12,138 nucleotides of DNA from Candidatus Moanibacter sp. (lineage in GTDB: Bacteria; Verrucomicrobiota; Verrucomicrobiia; Opitutales; UBA2987), in assembly GCA_965215885.1 (NCBI GenBank), contig CBDCEW010000052.1:1-12138 (forward strand). The letters run 5' to 3'. Numbering within the stretch: position 1 is the first letter of the stretch; every line of letters begins with the position of its first letter. Made by a program: the position numbers and the translations under genes. The notes under the pieces were generated by a model. It had not been told where the DNA came from. It saw nothing but the letters and a program-made list of their open reading frames with translations, and did not search any database. Below, one piece after another: positions 8,088-12,138 of the stretch.

Positions 8088-10979
8088 TCGGGGCGGCAGT
8101 TTTGCCGCTGGTCCCCGGGCGTGTTCCCTGGCATACCGGATCAGGTTAACCAGCAGGCGATCGGCTGCCGGGTTCGTGTCCAGGTTCTCCAAGATGGCGA
8201 ACGTGTTCAAGACGAAGCGGCCGTGACCCAGATCGTATGCCCCCACCAGGAGGCCCGATCCATATCCACCGGGATGGTGCCAACTGCCGGTTCCAATGGA
8301 AGCGGCCGCCACATCGTCGGGCGTATTCAGTCCTTCGAAGCCGTAGCAACTCAGAATCTCGCCATAGTAGTCCCAGTCCATCACTCCGGGTGCCGGCAGC
8401 CCGTCGAATATCGGGTGCCGCTTCGCAACCCATTCGTGATGGTAAAGCCACTCGAAGAAACGAGTGCACTGGCCCTTCTTTTTCAGAGGCATCCAGTAGG
8501 TGCTGTCCTTGCCCTGCGCGAAGGCCGTCGGCGAGAGGAAGACCGCTACCGAGCCGCGGGCCATGCACGCTACCAGTTGCTGCCATTGGTTCGGTACGGT
8601 TTTCATCTTGGTGAGATCCCCCACCAGGATCACTTCGCGCCGTTTGGCGGAAGATTGACCAAAAGGCCGGCACGCCAATCCGCGCTGTTCCAGCCAGCGA
8701 CAGGCCCTGCCGCTTATTCCCCAGGTGGTGACCTCGCCTTTCACTGTCGGCAGGTTCGTCCGGTCGGAGAGGAAGAATGTGAGTCGGCCTCCTGCCGGCG
8801 CCGCTCGATCCATCTCCGCCGCGAAGGTGTACTGACCTGCAGGTCCCACAAGCCTCAATTCACCCTTGTATACGGGAATAGCCATGGGAGGCATCGATCC
8901 TGCCGCAGGTCGTGGGACGCGCACGGTGAGATTCTTCGCCCAGACGTTGCCCTCCGGACCGAATACCCTCAGCCGTACTCGGTAGCGGCCCGGTTGCAGG
9001 ACATCCTCATTGGCCAGCACCGCCTCCACGACGATCTTCCTGCGGGCGTAAGTGTGCAGAGGGGTGACGAAAAGGCACCACCGCAACGGGGCCCAGCCGT
9101 CGGAAAGGGCGTCCGCGATGCCGGGCTTCCAGCGACGGAAGAATGTCCAGAGACCCTCGCCTGTGTAGCCGTGATCCAGCAGGCCCGTGACGTTGTAGCC
9201 GCATATCCTGGGATTGGAGCGGACCGCATCGAAACCCAGAAGCCGCTGACGGCAGTGCAGGCGCTGACTCTCCAGAAGCATTTCCTCCGGGAATGGGTAG
9301 ACGTCCTCCATGCCCAGTCGTCTCCAATCTTTCTCGAACTTCCGGCACATCGATCGCATCAAGGAGGCATCCTCGAGGTCATCGCGCGCACCGGCCTGGC
9401 GGTAGTGCCGCCATTCGTCAATGACGTTGATCTGGCTGCCGATGCCGTATTCGGAGAGGAAGACGGGCTTGGTATCCCTTCCGAGGGTGCGGAGAAACCG
9501 GATGGTCTGCGGTCCGTGGGGCACAGGTGGGTAGACATGGGCGTCGCCGGCGCCCTCGAAGTAGCCCGCGCGTGCAGGATGCCATTGGGAGTCCGGCCGC
9601 GGCGCACGGGGCGCCTCCGCACCCCAGACGTGCTCCCATCGGTCACCGCCGGGGTTGCTCACCGAACCGATGGAGGGATCGCAGTCCCACCGACCACTGG
9701 AAAGCAGCACCAGCCGCGTGTCGTCCAGACTGCGTACCAACTTCAATGTCTGCACCGCATGCCGAAAGACCGGACCGTCCCTGGTTTCGTTGAGCATGCC
9801 CCAGATGGTTACGCTGGGGTGGTTCCGGTCTCGCAGGATCATCTCTCGCGTGGACAGGTCATAGCGCCGGGCCATGTCCGGGGAATCCTCCAGTTGCCAG
9901 CTGCCAAGGTGTTCCTCGTAGACCATCAACCCGATCTCGTCACAGAAGTCCAGTTGCTCCGGCCGCGCCATCCCGGCGATCCAGCGGATCATGTTGAATC
10001 CGGACGCCTTGGCCATTATCAGGTCGCGGCGCATCAAGTCGGGGTCCACCGGCGTGACTTGCCCCATCGGAAAATGGTTGCCGGTATGTGAGGACTTCAG
10101 GAAAATGCGTTTCCCGTTCAGGTGGAAGTAACCGTCAATCACACGGAAGTCGCGGAATCCGCAGCGCACGCTCTTCTCGTGGCGGAATTTTGCCTTGGGC
10201 GCCCTTGCTTCCAGGCGGACTGTAGCAAGGTAGAGGAATGGATCATCCAATGACCAGGCATGCGGATCATCCACGCGCAGCTTCATCTCGTGCGCACTCT
10301 CTCCGCTGGGGATACTGGCCGTCAGCTCCGAGCCGGTAACGACCTCGCCGGACATGGACGGTCCAACGGACGCCAGGAGCTTGCCCTTTGCCGCCTTGTC
10401 GGCATCGTTACGAACGGTGATGCTGATCCGCACATCGCCCCTGGCAAGCTCCGGTCGAATGAACAGGTCCGCCACCCGTACGGCCGGTACTATCACCAGT
10501 TCCACCGGCCCGGTGATGCCGCCGATGTTGAAGGCGGCGCCGAACTTGTGGGGGATCCTTCTGTTGTCGTGCGGCGTTTGACCGAGGACGACACCGTCGA
10601 TCGGTTCGTTGGTCGGATTCAACACGCGCACGGCCACAAGGTTCTGTCGCCCGCGGCGCACCGCCTTGGTCACATCCACTTCAAAAGGGGTTTCGCCGCC
10701 TTCATGCCCGCCCACTCGCCGGCCATTCACCCAGACATCACCCATGTAGTCCACAGCAGCGAAGCGCAACAGGCAGCGTTCGTCTGCCCCAACCGCTCGA
10801 CCCGTTCGGAATGTGCGCCAGTACCACGCGACACCGTGATAGCCGGGGAGCGCCTGCTGAATGATGCCGGGAACCGGCGCTTCCTCTGCCCCGGGCTGAA
10901 TCTTCTCGAACCAGCGCTCTTCTCGGCCCTTGTTTTCGGGATCGGCAGCGAGTCTCCAGGTGCCGCTTAGTGTTTGCAT
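8067..10979 (-). CDS. Glycoside hydrolase family 2 (beta-galactosidase/glucuronidase-like), 970 aa
   Basis: N-terminal sugar-binding domain (LSGTWRL, GVAWYWRTF, LRFAAVDY, HEGGETPFEVDVT), Ig domain (WSLDDPFLY, GFRDF), LNGKRIFLK, CDEIGLMVYEE. Acid/base in RDRNHPSVTIWGMLNE and nucleophile in KPVFLSEYG. No signal peptide evident. Confidence 0.93.
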   Translation of the reverse strand: MQTLSGTWRLAADPENKGREERWFEKIQPGAEEAPVPGIIQQALPGYHGVAWYWRTFRTGRAVGADERCLLRFAAVDYMGDVWVNGRRVGGHEGGETPFEVDVTKAVRRGRQNLVAVRVLNPTNEPIDGVVLGQTPHDNRRIPHKFGAAFNIGGITGPVELVIVPAVRVADLFIRPELARGDVRISITVRNDADKAAKGKLLASVGPSMSGEVVTGSELTASIPSGESAHEMKLRVDDPHAWSLDDPFLYLATVRLEARAPKAKFRHEKSVRCGFRDFRVIDGYFHLNGKRIFLKSSHTGNHFPMGQVTPVDPDLMRRDLIMAKASGFNMIRWIAGMARPEQLDFCDEIGLMVYEEHLGSWQLEDSPDMARRYDLSTREMILRDRNHPSVTIWGMLNETRDGPVFRHAVQTLKLVRSLDDTRLVLLSSGRWDCDPSIGSVSNPGGDRWEHVWGAEAPRAPRPDSQWHPARAGYFEGAGDAHVYPPVPHGPQTIRFLRTLGRDTKPVFLSEYGIGSQINVIDEWRHYRQAGARDDLEDASLMRSMCRKFEKDWRRLGMEDVYPFPEEMLLESQRLHCRQRLLGFDAVRSNPRICGYNVTGLLDHGYTGEGLWTFFRRWKPGIADALSDGWAPLRWCLFVTPLHTYARRKIVVEAVLANEDVLQPGRYRVRLRVFGPEGNVWAKNLTVRVPRPAAGSMPPMAIPVYKGELRLVGPAGQYTFAAEMDRAAPAGGRLTFFLSDRTNLPTVKGEVTTWGISGRACRWLEQRGLACRPFGQSSAKRREVILVGDLTKMKTVPNQWQQLVACMARGSVAVFLSPTAFAQGKDSTYWMPLKKKGQCTRFFEWLYHHEWVAKRHPIFDGLPAPGVMDWDYYGEILSCYGFEGLNTPDDVAAASIGTGSWHHPGGYGSGLLVGAYDLGHGRFVLNTFAILENLDTNPAADRLLVNLIRYAREHARGPAAKLPPRFDKVRE

Positions 10980-11782
10980 TCTGGCCCGCGCACCACCGGG
11001 TAAAGTTCGCAGTCGAGTGGCGCACCGGCCAAAATGCCAGGATCGCGTAGGATGGCTGGAGTGCCTTTACGCGGATCGTAGACCACATCGTCGCCACACC
11101 AGCGCGTTGCGTAGCCACGACGGCGAACCGAGGAACTCAGGTTCCCTCTGGCGCCATGGATCGTTTCGGCATGGTGGACTACGCAGTCCCCGGGTTCGAG
11201 GTCGTAGCAGACAATCTGATCAGCGGGAACTGTTGCATCAATGTCGGGTATTTTTTCGAGATCGGGGTTGTGATAGCGGTTATCGCCGGAAAAGCTTTGC
11301 GGTGCGTACCACTTGCCCCATCGGTGAGAGCCCTTCACATAGCGTACAGCGCCACTCGCGTCCGTGACCGGGTCCAATCCCACCCAGACTGACACAATCT
11401 GATGGCCCTTTACCTTCCAGTAAGGCGCATCTTGATGCCAAGGTGTGGGCTCGATGGACCCCGGCTCCTTTACCAGCAGATGATCGAAGAACAAATTCAC
11501 CTTCCGTGACCGCATAAGACGAGCGGCGATCTCCACTGCAGGGCTTTCGAAAATATAGTCCCTGAAGGTATCATACTGTGTCCAGAGGTATTGATCCCCG
11601 AGGAAACGCGTGGATTTTTGCTTGTCCGCATACTCCAGCGCCATCTCACTCGGGTGTGCCAGCACCTCTTCCACGACCTCGCGTAATCGCTCGATCCACT
11701 CCATCGGAATGGCACCGCGCAGGAAGATCACGCCGTCTTCCTCGAATTGGTGAATCTGTTCTTCAGTGATATCGATGCTCAT
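10967..11782 (-). CDS. Phytanoyl-CoA dioxygenase (PhyH) family Fe(II)/2-oxoglutarate dioxygenase, 271 aa
   Basis: EQIHQFEEDGVIFLR start, TPWHQD (HxD), VSVWVGLD, GAVRYVKGSH, PGDCVVHHAETIHGA (distal His), RRGY. Start set at ATG 11782, preceded by GGGAGG. Confidence 0.93.
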   Translation of the reverse strand: MSIDITEEQIHQFEEDGVIFLRGAIPMEWIERLREVVEEVLAHPSEMALEYADKQKSTRFLGDQYLWTQYDTFRDYIFESPAVEIAARLMRSRKVNLFFDHLLVKEPGSIEPTPWHQDAPYWKVKGHQIVSVWVGLDPVTDASGAVRYVKGSHRWGKWYAPQSFSGDNRYHNPDLEKIPDIDATVPADQIVCYDLEPGDCVVHHAETIHGARGNLSSSVRRRGYATRWCGDDVVYDPRKGTPAILRDPGILAGAPLDCELYPVVRGPECKH

Positions 11783-11836
11783 GTCAGCCTCCCGCGGCAG
11801 TCGATCCTTTATCTTCAATACGCTGCATTGTAACTA

Positions 11837-12138
11837 GACCTTATCCGAAAAGCTACTGATTGGCCGCAAAGAGGCGCAAAAGGCGCAAGAAAAACTTGAG
11901 AAAAATCATTTTTTGGCTTGATAAAAAGTGTCGCAACATGCTAGTGTTTAACAACCTAAGATTAAGAAAGGAGTTAAACATGCCAACATGTGCGACAGAG
12001 GAGAACAAAAGCGATAAGACGCCCCTTAGCAACCTCATTCTGCCGGTTCCAGACACGGATTTCCGTGATTTTCTGGATGAAGTTGAAGAATTGGCCGGGT
12101 TCGCGCCGCAAATCATCGAGGCGACCGAGAAGGATCTG
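11837..12138 (+). mobile_element. Second copy of the IS (left end), inverted relative to copy 1, truncated by the window end
   Basis: Reverse complement of 5594-5293 with 3 differences in 302 bp (11875, 12106, 12125). Begins GACCTTATCCGAAAAGC. Confidence 0.95.
11980..12138 (+). CDS. Transposase N-terminus (partial, runs off the window)
   Basis: MPTCATEENKSDK..., same as copy 1 except A43P and I49T. AAGGAG at 11968-11973. Confidence 0.9.
   Translation, partial: MPTCATEENKSDKTPLSNLILPVPDTDFRDFLDEVEELAGFAPQIIEATEKDL

Noticed and set aside
7860..10091. 743-aa plus-strand ORF
   Set aside because: Antisense shadow of the GC-rich GH2 gene. No recognisable motifs, and its start lies in repeat DNA.
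11827..11855. Hybrid promoter formed by an IS-borne -35 and TACAAT
   Set aside because: The hexamer at 17-bp spacing is TAGCTT, only 2/6 to TTGACA.
12106..12125. A43P and I49T as inactivating changes in copy 2
   Set aside because: They fall in the variable N-terminus within about 30 bp of the sequence end, where assembly of a multicopy repeat may be unreliable.

Overview
A bacterial window, tentatively from the PVC group (Verrucomicrobia/Planctomycetes-like), judged only from the permease type. It holds a large FtsX/MacB-type ABC permease (+) and a complete 1,917-bp DDE insertion sequence (3678-5594, transposase on -, 17-bp imperfect terminal inverted repeats, TAGTTA direct repeat). These are followed by an SDR oxidoreductase and a cupin (+), then a convergent PhyH-like Fe/2OG dioxygenase and GH2 glycoside hydrolase pair (-). 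A second, near-identical inverted copy of the IS is cut by the window end. Most notable observations: (i) both IS copies abut the same hexamer TAGTTA just upstream of a gene; (ii) a long hairpin covers the transposase RBS and start; (iii) the intergenic spaces and both IS ends carry a dense mosaic of short repeat families (6-, 7-, 8-10- and 12-bp periodic arrays, a GTAG-type REP doublet with compensatory changes, and mini-hairpins that look nested into the arrays). One of these repeats supplies the last codons and stop of the GH2 gene. No CRISPR array, tRNA or rRNA was seen.
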